In this document: positions 20,198 to 30,802 of the stretch, one piece after another
Numbering within the stretch: position 1 is the stretch's first letter
Layout of the letters: every line of letters starts with the position of its first letter
DNA from: Sphingomonadales bacterium UBA1936
GTDB lineage: Bacteria > Pseudomonadota > Alphaproteobacteria > Sphingomonadales > Sphingomonadaceae
Direction: 5' to 3'
Assembly (NCBI GenBank): GCA_002336985.1
Contig: DDFE01000151.1
Span: 38,923-102,922, forward strand
DNA length: 64,000 nucleotides
Made by a program: the position numbers and the translations under genes
Notes under the pieces: generated by a model
The model's input: the letters and a program-made list of their open reading frames with translations, nothing else
What the model was told of the DNA's origin: nothing
The model's database searches: none

Positions 20198-21673
20198 TCA
20201 AAGCTGGATCAGAGCGGCCTTGCTCTTCAGATTTGCCCGATAGGCTTCGCGCCCCAAATCTTTCCCGATTCCGGATTGCTTGAAACCGCCGGTGGGGATC
20301 ATGAAATCGTTGCTTCTGCCGTAGCGGTTTACCCAGACGGTCCCGGCTTCCAGCGCACGCGTTGCGCGAAGCGCCTTGTTGAGGTCGCCGGTGTGAACGC
20401 CTGCCGCCAAGCCATAGCGGCTGTCGTTGGCGAGCGCATAGGCTTCCTCCTCGTCGCTAAAAGTCTGGACCGTGAGCACGGGGCCGAAGATCTCTCCCTG
20501 CACGACCTCGGAATCCTGTCCGGCACCGGTCAGAAGCGTGGGGAGATAATAGCTGCCGTCCTGCGGTGCTGGCGCGCGGCCACCGCCCGTTACAGCCTGA
20601 GCGCCGGATGCAACGGCGCGCGAAACAATACCGTCGATCTGGCCGAGTTGCCGTTCGGACAAGATCGGTCCCATCGTGGTGTCGTCGGCCCAGGTCGGTC
20701 CAAGCTTGTGCGCGTCAAACGCTTCCACGATCCGGGCAACGAAGGCGTCGGCGACCTTGTCCTGAACCAGCAAACGCGACCCCGCGACGCACACCTGTCC
20801 CGCGTTGAGAGTAATGGCGCGTGCGACGAGTGCCGCCGTCTGCCCGAGATCCTTTGCGTCCGAGAATACGATCTGCGGACTCTTGCCGCCGAGCTCGAGC
20901 GTCACCGGCTTCGGCCCTGTCTCCGCGCAGGCGCGCATGATCGCTATTCCTGTCGCGGTCGATCCGGTGAAGCTCACCTTCGAAACGCGCGCATGCCGGC
21001 ATAATGGATCGCCCACCAGTCGTCCGTCGCCTTGCACCACGTTGAAGACTCCAGCGGGCAATCCGGCTTCGATCGCGAGCTCGGCAAGGCGCACGACGCT
21101 GAACGGAGTGAGTTCTGACGGCTTCAGCACCACCGAGTTCCCCGCCGCGATCGCCGGCGCGATCTTCCAGGCCGCCATGACGAGCGGCAGGTTCCACGGT
21201 GCGATCGCCGCAACGACACCATAGGGCTCGGTGATCGTCAAACCGATCTTGTCGGGCGTCGTCGCCATGACATCGCCCCCTTCCTTGTCCGCAAACTCGG
21301 CGAAGAAGCGAAGGCATTCCGCCGTGTAACTCAGATCCCACGCCAGGACTTCACCGATGGTCCGCGTCGAGCCGACAGCTTCGAGCGGAGCGAGGTGCGC
21401 TGCATCGGCATCGATCAGATCGGCCCAGCGGCGGATGACCTTCATCCGCGCACGCGGGTCCGTCGCCGCCCATCCGCTGGTCTTGTAGGCCCGCCACGCG
21501 TCCTCGACCGCCGCATCGACCTGTGCCGCGCTCGCGCTGTCCAGCGCTCCGTAACTGTGCGCGTCGGACGGTCGCTGCACCTCGATCGGATCGCCTTGGC
21601 CGCGCATGCGGACGCCGCCCACGAAATTGTTAGCTGCCTGGATCTTGACCAGATCGGGATCAAAACTGTTCAT
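20198..21673 (-). CDS. Aldehyde dehydrogenase (PuuC/aminoaldehyde dehydrogenase-like)
   Basis: PWNLP, LKPSE, FTGST, LELGGKSP, catalytic GQVCVAG, EIFGPV. Confidence 0.92.
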   Translation of the reverse strand: MNSFDPDLVKIQAANNFVGGVRMRGQGDPIEVQRPSDAHSYGALDSASAAQVDAAVEDAWRAYKTSGWAATDPRARMKVIRRWADLIDADAAHLAPLEAVGSTRTIGEVLAWDLSYTAECLRFFAEFADKEGGDVMATTPDKIGLTITEPYGVVAAIAPWNLPLVMAAWKIAPAIAAGNSVVLKPSELTPFSVVRLAELAIEAGLPAGVFNVVQGDGRLVGDPLCRHARVSKVSFTGSTATGIAIMRACAETGPKPVTLELGGKSPQIVFSDAKDLGQTAALVARAITLNAGQVCVAGSRLLVQDKVADAFVARIVEAFDAHKLGPTWADDTTMGPILSERQLGQIDGIVSRAVASGAQAVTGGGRAPAPQDGSYYLPTLLTGAGQDSEVVQGEIFGPVLTVQTFSDEEEAYALANDSRYGLAAGVHTGDLNKALRATRALEAGTVWVNRYGRSNDFMIPTGGFKQSGIGKDLGREAYRANLKSKAALIQL

Positions 21674-21869
21674 GCCACGCTCCGATGCAAATTCCGGCCG
21701 CACGGTACGAAAAGCGGGCCGCGTTTTGGGCTTTCAACGCCAGACGGTCCGCCATTTTGTTCCGAATAATTCTGGAAGGCAGCACCTAATTCCAGAAACC
21801 GGTCTTTACTGTCCCGCTGCAGACTCATTTTTACACGAAGGCGGACTCGGCCCTTCGGAGGACGAACAG

Positions 21870-22727
21870 ATGGCAACGAGGTTGAAGAAGGACGTGCAAA
21901 TACGCCAGATGACGCCCGAGGACCTGCCCTCGGCACATGGTCTGTCGCGCGAGCAAAAATGGCCCCACCGCGAAAAGGACTGGGCGCGCCTTCTAGACCT
22001 TGGCGAGGGCGTGGTCGCCGAGAGCGACGGCAAGATCGTCGGAACCGCGATGTGGTGGCGCTTCGGCGACGATTTCGCCACCATCGGTATGGTCATCGTC
22101 TCGAGCGCGGTCCAGGGCATGGGCATCGGCCGCCGCCTGATGGAACAGGCGGTCGGCACCCTCGAAGGTCGTTCGCTTCTTCTGAATGCCACCGACGAAG
22201 GCCTCGACCTCTATCGAAGCCTCGGGTTCGAGACGATCGGCTCTGTCTACCAGCACCAGGGCGCGGCGTTCGCTGTTCCGATCGTCGAACTCATGGCCGA
22301 CGAGCGGATCGCGCCGATGAAGGTCGGCGAGGTCGCGGATATCGCGCAACTCGATCGGCATGCGACGGGAATGAACCGCTCGAAGGTGATCGACTATCTT
22401 TACGACGCGGCCCAAGGCGTGGTGCTCAACCGCAACGACACGCAAGCCGGCTATGCCTTGTTCCGCCGCTTTGGACGCGGGTACGCGATCGGGCCGGTGG
22501 TCGCACCGGACATCGGCGGGGCAAAGACGCTCGTCACGCATTGGCTCGGCTCGAACGTCGGCATGTTCTGCCGTCTGGACGTTCCCGAAGACAGCGGCTT
22601 GTCGACTTGGCTGGATGAACTCGGCCTCCCCTGCGTCGGACGCGTAACCAGGATGTGCCGCGGCGCTCTACCCGATCGGGGAAGACAGGCTCGCGCCTTC
22701 GCTCTCATCAACCAGGCACTCGGCTGA
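21870..22727 (+). CDS. GNAT N-acetyltransferase (tandem, YitH-like)
   Basis: WPHR, IGMVIV...QGMGIGRRLM (acetyl-CoA motif A), LYRSLGF, IGPVVA; GGAGG RBS. Confidence 0.85.
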   Translation: MATRLKKDVQIRQMTPEDLPSAHGLSREQKWPHREKDWARLLDLGEGVVAESDGKIVGTAMWWRFGDDFATIGMVIVSSAVQGMGIGRRLMEQAVGTLEGRSLLLNATDEGLDLYRSLGFETIGSVYQHQGAAFAVPIVELMADERIAPMKVGEVADIAQLDRHATGMNRSKVIDYLYDAAQGVVLNRNDTQAGYALFRRFGRGYAIGPVVAPDIGGAKTLVTHWLGSNVGMFCRLDVPEDSGLSTWLDELGLPCVGRVTRMCRGALPDRGRQARAFALINQALG

Positions 22728-22737
22728 GGGACAGTCC

Positions 22738-24201
22738 ATGATCGACACGTTGAAAGACCCAGGACTGTTTCGCTCATCCGCCTTTATCGGCGGCGCGTGG
22801 GTCGGCGCCCGTTCGGGAGCGACGATCGCCGTCGAGAACCCGGCGACCGGCGCGGCGCTCGGTACCGTCCCCGATTGCGGCGCAGACGAGACGGCGGAGG
22901 CAATCGCGGCCGCCGATGGCGCCTTCGGCGCATGGCGCGCCAGGACGGCAACCGAACGTGGGGCGATCCTCGAGCGATGGCACGCGCTGGTTCTGGAAAA
23001 TGTGTCCGATCTCGGCCGCATCATGACCGCCGAGCAGGGCAAGCCTCTTGCCGAAGCGGAAGGCGAGATCCGCTACGCCGCCACCTTCATAAAATGGTTT
23101 GCCGAAGAAGGCCGCCGGGCGTCCGGCCATGACGTTCTGGCTCCAGAAACAAACCGTCGCATCTTCGTCCTGAAGCAACCGGTCGGCGTGTCGGCCGCGA
23201 TCACGCCGTGGAACTTCCCCGCGGCGATGATCACCCGCAAGTGTGCGCCCGCGCTCGCCGCCGGGTGTCCCGTCGTGGTCAAGCCCTCGGACTTTACGCC
23301 GTTCGTCGCGCTGGCCCTCGCCCGGCTTGCCGAAATGGCAGGCTTTCCGCCCGGCACGATCAATATCGTGACCGGTCGACCCGAGGCCATCGGCGCGACA
23401 TTGACCGCCAGCCGCACCGTGCGCCACCTGTCGTTCACCGGCTCGACGCGCGTCGGCAGCCTGCTCCTGCGGCAGTGCGCCGATACGGTGAAGAAGACCG
23501 GCATGGAACTTGGCGGCAATGCGCCGCTGATCGTTTTCGACGATGCCGATCTCGATATCGCCGTGGCGAGCACGATGGCGAGCAAGTTTCGCAACGCCGG
23601 GCAGACCTGCGTCTGCGCGAACCGTATCCTCGTCCAGGACGGTATTTACGATGCCTTTGCGCAAAAACTCGCCAAGGCAGTATCGGCTTTGCGTGTCGGT
23701 CCCGGCGACCGCGAAGGCGTCACCATCGGACCGCTGATAAACGGCGCGGCCGTCGAAAAGGTCAAGGCGCATGTCGACGATGCGCTGAGCCAAGGCGCGA
23801 CAATCTTCGCGCATGCCGAAAGCACGATGTCGGACGATCGTTTCGTGACGCCCGTCATTCTCTCCGGCGCGAGCCCGTCGATGCTCCTTGCCGGGGAAGA
23901 GACCTTTGGTCCCGTCGCCCCGCTCTTCCGGTTCGCGCACGAAGACGAAGCCATCGCGATGGCCAACGCCACCGAGTTCGGGCTCGCGAGCTATTTCTTC
24001 ACGGAGAATATCCACCGGGCCTTCCGGGTCGCCGAACGGCTCGAAGCCGGGATGGTCGCCCTCAATACCGGCTCGATTGCGATGGAAATGGCGCCCTTCG
24101 GCGGCGTGAAGATGTCGGGCCTTGGCCGTGAAGGTGGCCGGGACGGCCTCGAGGAATATCTGGAATCGAAGGCCTTCCACATCGGCGGCCTGAAACTCTG
24201 A
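22738..24201 (+). CDS. gabD: NAD(P)-dependent succinate-semialdehyde dehydrogenase
   Basis: EQGKPLAEA, ITPWNFPAAMITRK, MELGGNAP, KFRNAGQTCVCANR, EETFGPVAP. Confidence 0.9.
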   Translation: MIDTLKDPGLFRSSAFIGGAWVGARSGATIAVENPATGAALGTVPDCGADETAEAIAAADGAFGAWRARTATERGAILERWHALVLENVSDLGRIMTAEQGKPLAEAEGEIRYAATFIKWFAEEGRRASGHDVLAPETNRRIFVLKQPVGVSAAITPWNFPAAMITRKCAPALAAGCPVVVKPSDFTPFVALALARLAEMAGFPPGTINIVTGRPEAIGATLTASRTVRHLSFTGSTRVGSLLLRQCADTVKKTGMELGGNAPLIVFDDADLDIAVASTMASKFRNAGQTCVCANRILVQDGIYDAFAQKLAKAVSALRVGPGDREGVTIGPLINGAAVEKVKAHVDDALSQGATIFAHAESTMSDDRFVTPVILSGASPSMLLAGEETFGPVAPLFRFAHEDEAIAMANATEFGLASYFFTENIHRAFRVAERLEAGMVALNTGSIAMEMAPFGGVKMSGLGREGGRDGLEEYLESKAFHIGGLKL

Positions 24202-24210
24202 GGGAACCGC

Positions 24211-25281
24211 ATGACCCGCACCTACACAGTTTCCGTCATCCCGGGCGACGGGATCGGCACCGAAGTCATGCCGGAGGGCATCCGCGTCCTCGAAAAGGCG
24301 GCCTCGCTCTACGGCTTCTCGATCCATCAGCAGTGGCACGACTTTGCGTGCTGCGACTATTACGCCCGGCACGGAAAGATGATGCCCGACGACTGGAAGG
24401 CCAGGATCGGTAACCCGGACGCAATCTTTTTCGGCGCGGTTGGCTGGCCTGATACGGTTCCCGACCATGTCTCGCTGTGGGGCTCGCTCCTCCAGTTCCG
24501 GCGCGAATATGACCAGTATGTCAACCTGCGGCCCGCACGGCTGATGCCCGGCGTCGTCTCCCCGCTCGCCGGTCGTGGCCCCGGCAGCATCGACATGTGG
24601 ATCGTCCGCGAAAATACCGAAGGCGAGTACAGCTCGGTCGGCGGCCGCATGTTCCCTGGCACCGATCGCGAAGTCGTTATCCAGGAAACTGTAATGACAC
24701 GCCATGGCGTCGATCGCATCCTGCGTTTTGCCTTCGATCTGGCGCAAAGCCGTGATGCCAGGCATCTGACGTCGGCGACCAAGTCCAACGGCATCGCGAT
24801 CACCATGCCCTATTGGGACGAAAGGGTCGAAGAGATGGCTCGATCCTATCCCGACGTCCGCGTCGACAAATACCATATCGACATCCTCGCGGCACAGTTT
24901 GTGATGAACCCCGATCGCTTCGACGTGGTCGTCGCGTCCAACCTGTTCGGCGACATCCTGTCGGACTTGGGTCCTGCCTGTACCGGGACCATCGGCGTCG
25001 CGCCGTCGGCCAACATAAACCCCGATCGCACAGCTCCCTCGCTGTTCGAACCGGTGCATGGCTCGGCGCCGGACATCGCGGGCAAAGGCATCGCCAATCC
25101 GATCGGCCAGATATGGTCGGCCGCAATGATGCTCGAGCATTTCGGCGAATTCGACGCTGGGGCGGCGGTGATGCGCGCGATCGAGACGGTCCTGGCGGAC
25201 CCCGAGCGACGTACGGCGGACCTGCAGGGCACAGCCAATACCGAGACGTGCGGCAAGGCGGTGGCTGACGCACTGCGCTGA
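24211..25281 (+). CDS. Tartrate dehydrogenase / D-malate dehydrogenase (decarboxylating)
   Basis: IPGDGIG, VPDHVSLWG, RENTEGEYS, ATKSNGI, NLFGDILSD, FEPVHGSAPDI. Confidence 0.92.
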   Translation: MTRTYTVSVIPGDGIGTEVMPEGIRVLEKAASLYGFSIHQQWHDFACCDYYARHGKMMPDDWKARIGNPDAIFFGAVGWPDTVPDHVSLWGSLLQFRREYDQYVNLRPARLMPGVVSPLAGRGPGSIDMWIVRENTEGEYSSVGGRMFPGTDREVVIQETVMTRHGVDRILRFAFDLAQSRDARHLTSATKSNGIAITMPYWDERVEEMARSYPDVRVDKYHIDILAAQFVMNPDRFDVVVASNLFGDILSDLGPACTGTIGVAPSANINPDRTAPSLFEPVHGSAPDIAGKGIANPIGQIWSAAMMLEHFGEFDAGAAVMRAIETVLADPERRTADLQGTANTETCGKAVADALR

Positions 25282-25307
25282 TACCGCAGAAACCGGACCG
25301 CGCCGCT

Positions 25308-25322
25308 CGGCATATTATGCCG
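25308..25322. promoter_or_regulatory. Palindromic operator candidate CGGCA-N5-TGCCG (copy 2)
   Basis: CGGCATATTATGCCG upstream of the aminotransferase-Lrp genes. Confidence 0.4.
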
Positions 25323-25434
25323 CATCGCGAATGGAATCACGGCCTCGGTTCGGCGAGGCGGCCAATATCGGCGCTTTCCTTCCCGCCGTCTCCCCTAGCG
25401 TCGGGCGGTCATCAACCACACGAGCCGCGCGCAC

Positions 25435-26817
25435 ATGGCCCAAAGCAACCGCTCCCTGCTGGAAATCGATCGGGATCACCTGATACATCCGGTAACGTCG
25501 TTTCGCGGCCATGAGGCGACCGGAGCGACCGTCCTCCAGAGCAGCAGCGGGATGTGGCTGACCGACATCGACGGAAATCGTGTCCTCGACGCTTTTGCAG
25601 GCCTGTGGTGCGTCAACGTCGGCTATGGGCAGGAAAGCATCGTCGAGGTCGCGGCGGAGCAGATGCGCCGCCTTCCCTATGCCACTGGCTATTTCCACTT
25701 CGGGAACGAGCCTGCGATCCGCCTCGCCGACCGGCTGACCTCGCTGTCCCCGGAAGGTCTCGACCATGTGTTCTTCACGCTCGGAGGATCGGACGCGGTC
25801 GACAGCGCGATCCGCTATATCGTTCACTATTGGAACGCTGTCCGCCGTCCGACCAAGAAGCAGTTCATCGCACTCGAGCGCGGCTATCATGGCTCGAGCT
25901 CGACGGGCTCGGGCCTGACGGCGCTTGGCAATTTCCACAGAAACTTCGACCTCCCGCTCCGGTGGCAGCACCATATTCCGTCGCCTTATGCCTATCGGAG
26001 CGACGCGGCAGATGATGCGGCACTGATCGCCGCTTCGGTCGCCCAGCTGCAGGCGAAAGTCGCCGAGCTCGGTGCCGACAACGTCGCAGCATTTTTCTGC
26101 GAACCGATCCAAGGCTCCGGCGGTGTCATTGTGCCGCCGGTCGGATGGCTGAAAGCGATGCGCGACACCTGCACCGCGCTCGACATTCTGTTCGTGGCAG
26201 ACGAGGTCATAACCGGCTTCGGCCGCACCGGGCCGTTGTTCGCGTGCGACGCCGAAGGGGTTAGTCCGGACCTTATGACGCTCGCCAAGGGCCTGACCGC
26301 AGGCTATGTCCCGATGGGCGCCCTCCTGATGTCGGACAAGGTGTATAAAGGGATCGCCGATGGCGCGGCCCCAGAGCTGCCGATCGGCCATGGGCTCACC
26401 TACTCCGGTCACCCTGTCAGCGCGGCTGTCGGCTTGGAGGTGCTTCGGCTTTACGAGGAAGGCGGCATTCTCGCCAACGGGCAAAAGGTCGGACAGCGCT
26501 TCGCTGCCGGACTTGCGGGCATCGCGGAACATCCGCTCGTCGGCGACACGCGTGGGCGCGGCATGCTCGGCGCGATCGAGCTTGTTTCCGACAAGCGGAC
26601 GAAGGCTGCCTTCGATCCCTCGCTGAAGCTCGCCGATCGGCTGTTCCGGCGCGGTTACGAAAGCGGCGTCATCTATCGCGCGTTTGCGGATAATATCATC
26701 GGACTGGCACCGGCGCTCAGCTGCTCCGAGGAAGAGATGGACATGATCTTCGACCGCATCAAACGGGTACTAGACAGTCTCCTGGAAGAGTCGGACATTC
26801 GACAAGCGGTGCGCTGA
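25435..26817 (+). CDS. Class III PLP aminotransferase (omega-amine:pyruvate, SpuC-like)
   Basis: AGLWCVNVGYG, GYHG, EPIQGSGG, DEVITGFGRTG, AKGLT (PLP Lys), GLTYSGHP. Confidence 0.92.
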   Translation: MAQSNRSLLEIDRDHLIHPVTSFRGHEATGATVLQSSSGMWLTDIDGNRVLDAFAGLWCVNVGYGQESIVEVAAEQMRRLPYATGYFHFGNEPAIRLADRLTSLSPEGLDHVFFTLGGSDAVDSAIRYIVHYWNAVRRPTKKQFIALERGYHGSSSTGSGLTALGNFHRNFDLPLRWQHHIPSPYAYRSDAADDAALIAASVAQLQAKVAELGADNVAAFFCEPIQGSGGVIVPPVGWLKAMRDTCTALDILFVADEVITGFGRTGPLFACDAEGVSPDLMTLAKGLTAGYVPMGALLMSDKVYKGIADGAAPELPIGHGLTYSGHPVSAAVGLEVLRLYEEGGILANGQKVGQRFAAGLAGIAEHPLVGDTRGRGMLGAIELVSDKRTKAAFDPSLKLADRLFRRGYESGVIYRAFADNIIGLAPALSCSEEEMDMIFDRIKRVLDSLLEESDIRQAVR

Positions 26818-26838
26818 GGAAAAAGGGAAACGCCAGTC

Positions 26839-27333
26839 ATGACCCTCGGCCTCAAGCTCGACAGAATCGATCTCAAGATACTGGCGCAGCTGCAGCAATC
26901 GGGCCGCATCACCAACGTGGAGCTTGCCGACGCTGTCGGTCTATCGCCCAGCCCCTGCCTGACACGCGTCAAGCGTCTTGAGAAGTCCGGGTTCATCGAC
27001 GGCTACAGCGCGCAGATCAATCTCAACAAGCTCGGCGAAATGCTTACGGTTTTCACCGAGGTTACCCTCACCGAACACCGGTCGGGCGATTTTTCGCGGT
27101 TCGAGTCCAAGATCAGGAAGATCGACGAGATCGTCGAGTGCCACCTCGTCAGCGGAGGCTACGACTATCTTCTCAAGTTCGTGACGCGCGGCGTCAGCCA
27201 TTACCAGTCGATTATCGAAGGCATGCTCGAGGGCGATTACGGGATCGAGAAATATTTCAGCTACGTCGTGATCAAGTCGCCCTTCATCAAGCACCATTAT
27301 CCGATCCAGAAATTGTTCGGAGATCAACATTGA
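26839..27333 (+). CDS. Lrp/AsnC family transcriptional regulator
   Basis: LDRIDLKIL...GRITNVELADAVGLSPSPCLTRVKRLE, ECHLVSGGYDYLLK. Confidence 0.93.
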   Translation: MTLGLKLDRIDLKILAQLQQSGRITNVELADAVGLSPSPCLTRVKRLEKSGFIDGYSAQINLNKLGEMLTVFTEVTLTEHRSGDFSRFESKIRKIDEIVECHLVSGGYDYLLKFVTRGVSHYQSIIEGMLEGDYGIEKYFSYVVIKSPFIKHHYPIQKLFGDQH

Positions 27334-27385
27334 GCGCCGATGCAACGGCTCCAAAGCCTGAAGTACGCGCAATGGGAGCACGATC

Positions 27386-28537
27386 ATGATCGAGATTGAC
27401 GATCTGCTGGCGCCGCTCGTGGACTTCCGCCGCGACATCCATGCCCATCCCGAGCTTGGGTTCGCCGAGCACCGGACTGCGTCGCGCATTGCGCAGAGCC
27501 TTCGGGAACTGGGTCTCGAGGTGCATGAGGGCGTCGGGAAGACGGGCGTCGTGGGCGTCTTGAGAAATGGCGACTCTGGGCGGGCCATCGGCCTGCGCGC
27601 CGACATGGATGCGCTTTCGATCCAGGAAGGCACCGCTCTTCCCTACGCCAGCCAAACCGATGGCGTATTTCACGGATGCGGCCACGACGGTCATGTCGCC
27701 ATGTTGCTGGGCGCCGCCCAACACCTCGCGCGCAGCCGGCGGTTCGACGGCACCGTCAATTTCTTCTTCCAGCCCGCCGAAGAGGGTCTGGGCGGCGCAC
27801 GCGCCATGGTTCGCGAAGGGTTGTTCGAGCGTTTTCCGTGCGACCGCGTCTTTGCACTCCACAATTGGCCCGACCTGCCCGCCGGTACCGTGGCGACGCG
27901 AAGCGGGCCGATCATGGGCGCGGCAGACAAGTTCGAGATCATCGTGACCGGCAAGGGCGGCCACGCCGCGATCCCGCATAACACCCCGGACGCATTGCTC
28001 GCCGCGTCGGCCCTGGTCGGTCAGCTCAACACGATCATTGCGCGCGACATCCCCGCCATGGCTTCGGCGGTGCTGAGCGTCACGCAGATTCACGGCGGTC
28101 ATGCGCACAATGTGATGCCCGACCGTGCAAGCATCGTGGGGACGGTCCGCACGTTCGACGCGGACGTGCAGGACCGGATCGAAGCACGTATCAACGAAAT
28201 TGCCGACGGTGTAGCCCGGTCGTTTTCGGTGTCGTGCCGGGTCGGTTACGATCGCTATTATCCCGCGACGATCAACGACCCCGAGGCAGCTGCCGAGGCG
28301 CTGGAAGTAGCGGCGACGGTCGCGACGGCCGTCGAGGCACCCGAACCGGCGTTCACGTCGGAAGATTTCGCGTTTATGCTGCAGGCGTGCAAGGGCGCCT
28401 ATCTATGGCTTGGGCAAGGATGTGCCGATCGCTCGACGCCGCTCCACAGTCCGCTCTATGATTTCAACGACGATGTCATCGGGACCGGCATCAGGCTGCA
28501 CGTCGCGCTGGCCGAGACGCTTCTGGCCCGCACCTGA
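27386..28537 (+). CDS. M20D amidohydrolase (hippurate hydrolase-like)
   Basis: HAHPELGF, LRADMDAL, HGCGHDGH, QPAEEG, GGHAA, SEDF, LHSP. Confidence 0.92.
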   Translation: MIEIDDLLAPLVDFRRDIHAHPELGFAEHRTASRIAQSLRELGLEVHEGVGKTGVVGVLRNGDSGRAIGLRADMDALSIQEGTALPYASQTDGVFHGCGHDGHVAMLLGAAQHLARSRRFDGTVNFFFQPAEEGLGGARAMVREGLFERFPCDRVFALHNWPDLPAGTVATRSGPIMGAADKFEIIVTGKGGHAAIPHNTPDALLAASALVGQLNTIIARDIPAMASAVLSVTQIHGGHAHNVMPDRASIVGTVRTFDADVQDRIEARINEIADGVARSFSVSCRVGYDRYYPATINDPEAAAEALEVAATVATAVEAPEPAFTSEDFAFMLQACKGAYLWLGQGCADRSTPLHSPLYDFNDDVIGTGIRLHVALAETLLART

Positions 28538-28768
28538 AACCCGCGAACATTCGAAGTACGCCGTCGCCGATCTCGACGCGGTGCACCAGGCGCACTGGCG
28601 GATAACGATGCATGCCATGCAGGATCGGTGGCCTTTTCCAGGCTGCGCACGATGATTCCGATCACACGGAAATAAACGGGTGGCGCTGGCCCATTCAAAC
28701 CGTCTTTCGACTGCATCTGCCGAAGCGTGCCCGATAGGGTGGATCTTATCGTCAATCCGGAGGTTCGC

Positions 28769-29875
28769 ATGCGCGTCGGAGTCCCCAAAGAGATCAAGGT
28801 TCATGAGTATCGGGTCGGCCTGACGCCGGGATCTGTCCGCGAACTCGTTGCCGCCGGGCACAGCGTCCTCGTTGAACGCGATGCCGGCGCGGGGATCGGG
28901 ATGGACGACGACGCCTATGTGCGGGCCGGCGCAAGCATCGCCGCGTCGGCCGCGCAGGTCTTTCGCGACGCCGAGATGATCGTGAAAGTGAAAGAGCCGC
29001 AACCGTCGGAATGGCCGATGCTTCGCCCGGACCAGATCCTCTTCACCTATCTCCATCTAGCGCCCGACCCCGAACAGGCCCGCGGCCTGATGCGCTCAGG
29101 TTGCTCGGCCATAGCCTATGAAACCATCGTCGACCGGCGAGGCAGCCTGCCGCTGCTCGCGCCGATGAGCGAAGTTGCTGGCCGGCTGTCGATCGAAGCG
29201 GCCGGCGCGGCGTTGCGCCGTCACGCCGGTGGCTCCGGAATCCTCTTGGGTGGAGTCCCCGGCGTTTCAGCTGCTCGCGTTGTCGTGATCGGTGGCGGCG
29301 TTGTCGGGACGCATGCCGCCCGGATCGCGGTCGGCATGGGCGCCGAAGTTACGATCATCGATGCCTCGCTTCCCCGGTTGCGCCAGCTCGACGATCTTTT
29401 CGGCGGACGGGTCCGGACGCGGCTTTCCACGCTGGAGGCGATCGAACAGGAGATCGCATCGGCTGACGCGGTGATCGGTGCCGTACTAATCCCGGGCGAA
29501 TCCGCGCCGAAGCTCGTTTCGCGCGAAATGCTGGGTCTCATGAAACGCAATGCCGTGCTAGTCGACGTTGCGATTGACCAGGGCGGATGCTTCGAGACAT
29601 CGCGGCCGACAACGCACGACGACCCGACCTACGTGGTCGACGACATTATCCATTATTGCGTCGCGAACATGCCCGGCGCGGTGCCCCAGACGTCTAGCCA
29701 GGCGCTCAACAACGCGACGCTGCCCTATGTGCTCGCGCTTGCGGACCATGGTCTTGCGGCGCTGGATGCCGATGCGGGATTTCGCGCCGGGCTCAACATT
29801 CACAAGGGCGAGATCGTCAACGACGCCGTGGCGCAGAGTCTTGCCGACAAGTTTGCGCTCGACCCTGTCTCTTGA
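28769..29875 (+). CDS. ald: Alanine dehydrogenase
   Basis: [53 protein letters not shown]. Confidence 0.95.
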   Translation: MRVGVPKEIKVHEYRVGLTPGSVRELVAAGHSVLVERDAGAGIGMDDDAYVRAGASIAASAAQVFRDAEMIVKVKEPQPSEWPMLRPDQILFTYLHLAPDPEQARGLMRSGCSAIAYETIVDRRGSLPLLAPMSEVAGRLSIEAAGAALRRHAGGSGILLGGVPGVSAARVVVIGGGVVGTHAARIAVGMGAEVTIIDASLPRLRQLDDLFGGRVRTRLSTLEAIEQEIASADAVIGAVLIPGESAPKLVSREMLGLMKRNAVLVDVAIDQGGCFETSRPTTHDDPTYVVDDIIHYCVANMPGAVPQTSSQALNNATLPYVLALADHGLAALDADAGFRAGLNIHKGEIVNDAVAQSLADKFALDPVS

Positions 29876-30041
29876 CCGTACGCACGCGCGCCAGCCGGTT
29901 CGGCGGCAGATTCCGTAGCGGCCTCGAATACGCGCAAATCTGCCGCCGGGCGCGGTAACGCGATAGAAAACGCCGAGAGCGCGTCATAGGCTGCTTATTA
30001 CCGAAATGCCGGGCAAGTCCGGTCGTTGATGGAGTAAACGC

Positions 30042-30779
30042 ATGCGATCGAAGCTACCGACACTCGTTCTCGCAGTTGCCGCCACCGTCGCAGCGCCGTT
30101 CGCGGCCAATGCTCACGGCATCTGGTTCGCCCAGCGGGCCAAGCAACTTGCCCTAATCTATGGCATTGGCGCCGACGACCTCGATATGGTCAAGCGGCTC
30201 CCGCAGGTTGAAAGCGTGACCGCCTATGACGCTGACTACAAGCCGATCAAGGTTACGCCGCGGGTCGCTGGCGCCATTGTTCTCATCGACACCGACGCGC
30301 AACCGACCCTGGTTGCCGCTATCATGCCCTACGGCATCTGGTCGCGTGTAGGCGACGGCGAGTTCGAGAAAAAGACCCTTCAGGAAATGCCCAACGCGAC
30401 GGTCTCGACCAAGAATATCAAATATGCGCTCAGCATCCAGGGACCTCTCAGCAAGCCCATTCCAGCGCTTCCGACTCTGGCGCTGCAGATCGTGCCGGAC
30501 GGACCGATCCCCGACAAGCTCGGCGCGCCGATGCGGTACAAAGTATTGTACAACGGCAAACCGCAAGCCAACGTTCGCATGATCAACGATATGGTGAACG
30601 ATCCCGATGCTCAGGAAGTGATGACGTCAGCCAACGGAACCGTCACGATGCCCGTCCGAAACCAAGGTATCAACGTGATCCGCGCGGTTTTCGACGGCCC
30701 CAGCGATCAGCCGAAGCTTTACAAGCAGATCGAGCACACATCGACGCTGTCTTTCGTCCTGCCCCATCGCCCTGAGTAA
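30042..30779 (+). CDS. DUF4198 periplasmic protein (Ni/Co uptake-associated)
   Basis: Signal peptide ending ANA; mature N-terminus HGIW; VLYNGKP; T-x-ANG. Confidence 0.75.
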   Translation: MRSKLPTLVLAVAATVAAPFAANAHGIWFAQRAKQLALIYGIGADDLDMVKRLPQVESVTAYDADYKPIKVTPRVAGAIVLIDTDAQPTLVAAIMPYGIWSRVGDGEFEKKTLQEMPNATVSTKNIKYALSIQGPLSKPIPALPTLALQIVPDGPIPDKLGAPMRYKVLYNGKPQANVRMINDMVNDPDAQEVMTSANGTVTMPVRNQGINVIRAVFDGPSDQPKLYKQIEHTSTLSFVLPHRPE

Positions 30780-30802
30780 TTCACATCGCGGAGCGCGCTA
30801 TC

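Noticed and set aside
22774-25140. 788-aa minus-strand ORF
   Set aside because: Antisense shadow of gabD and tartrate dehydrogenase caused by GC-rich codon bias; no motifs.
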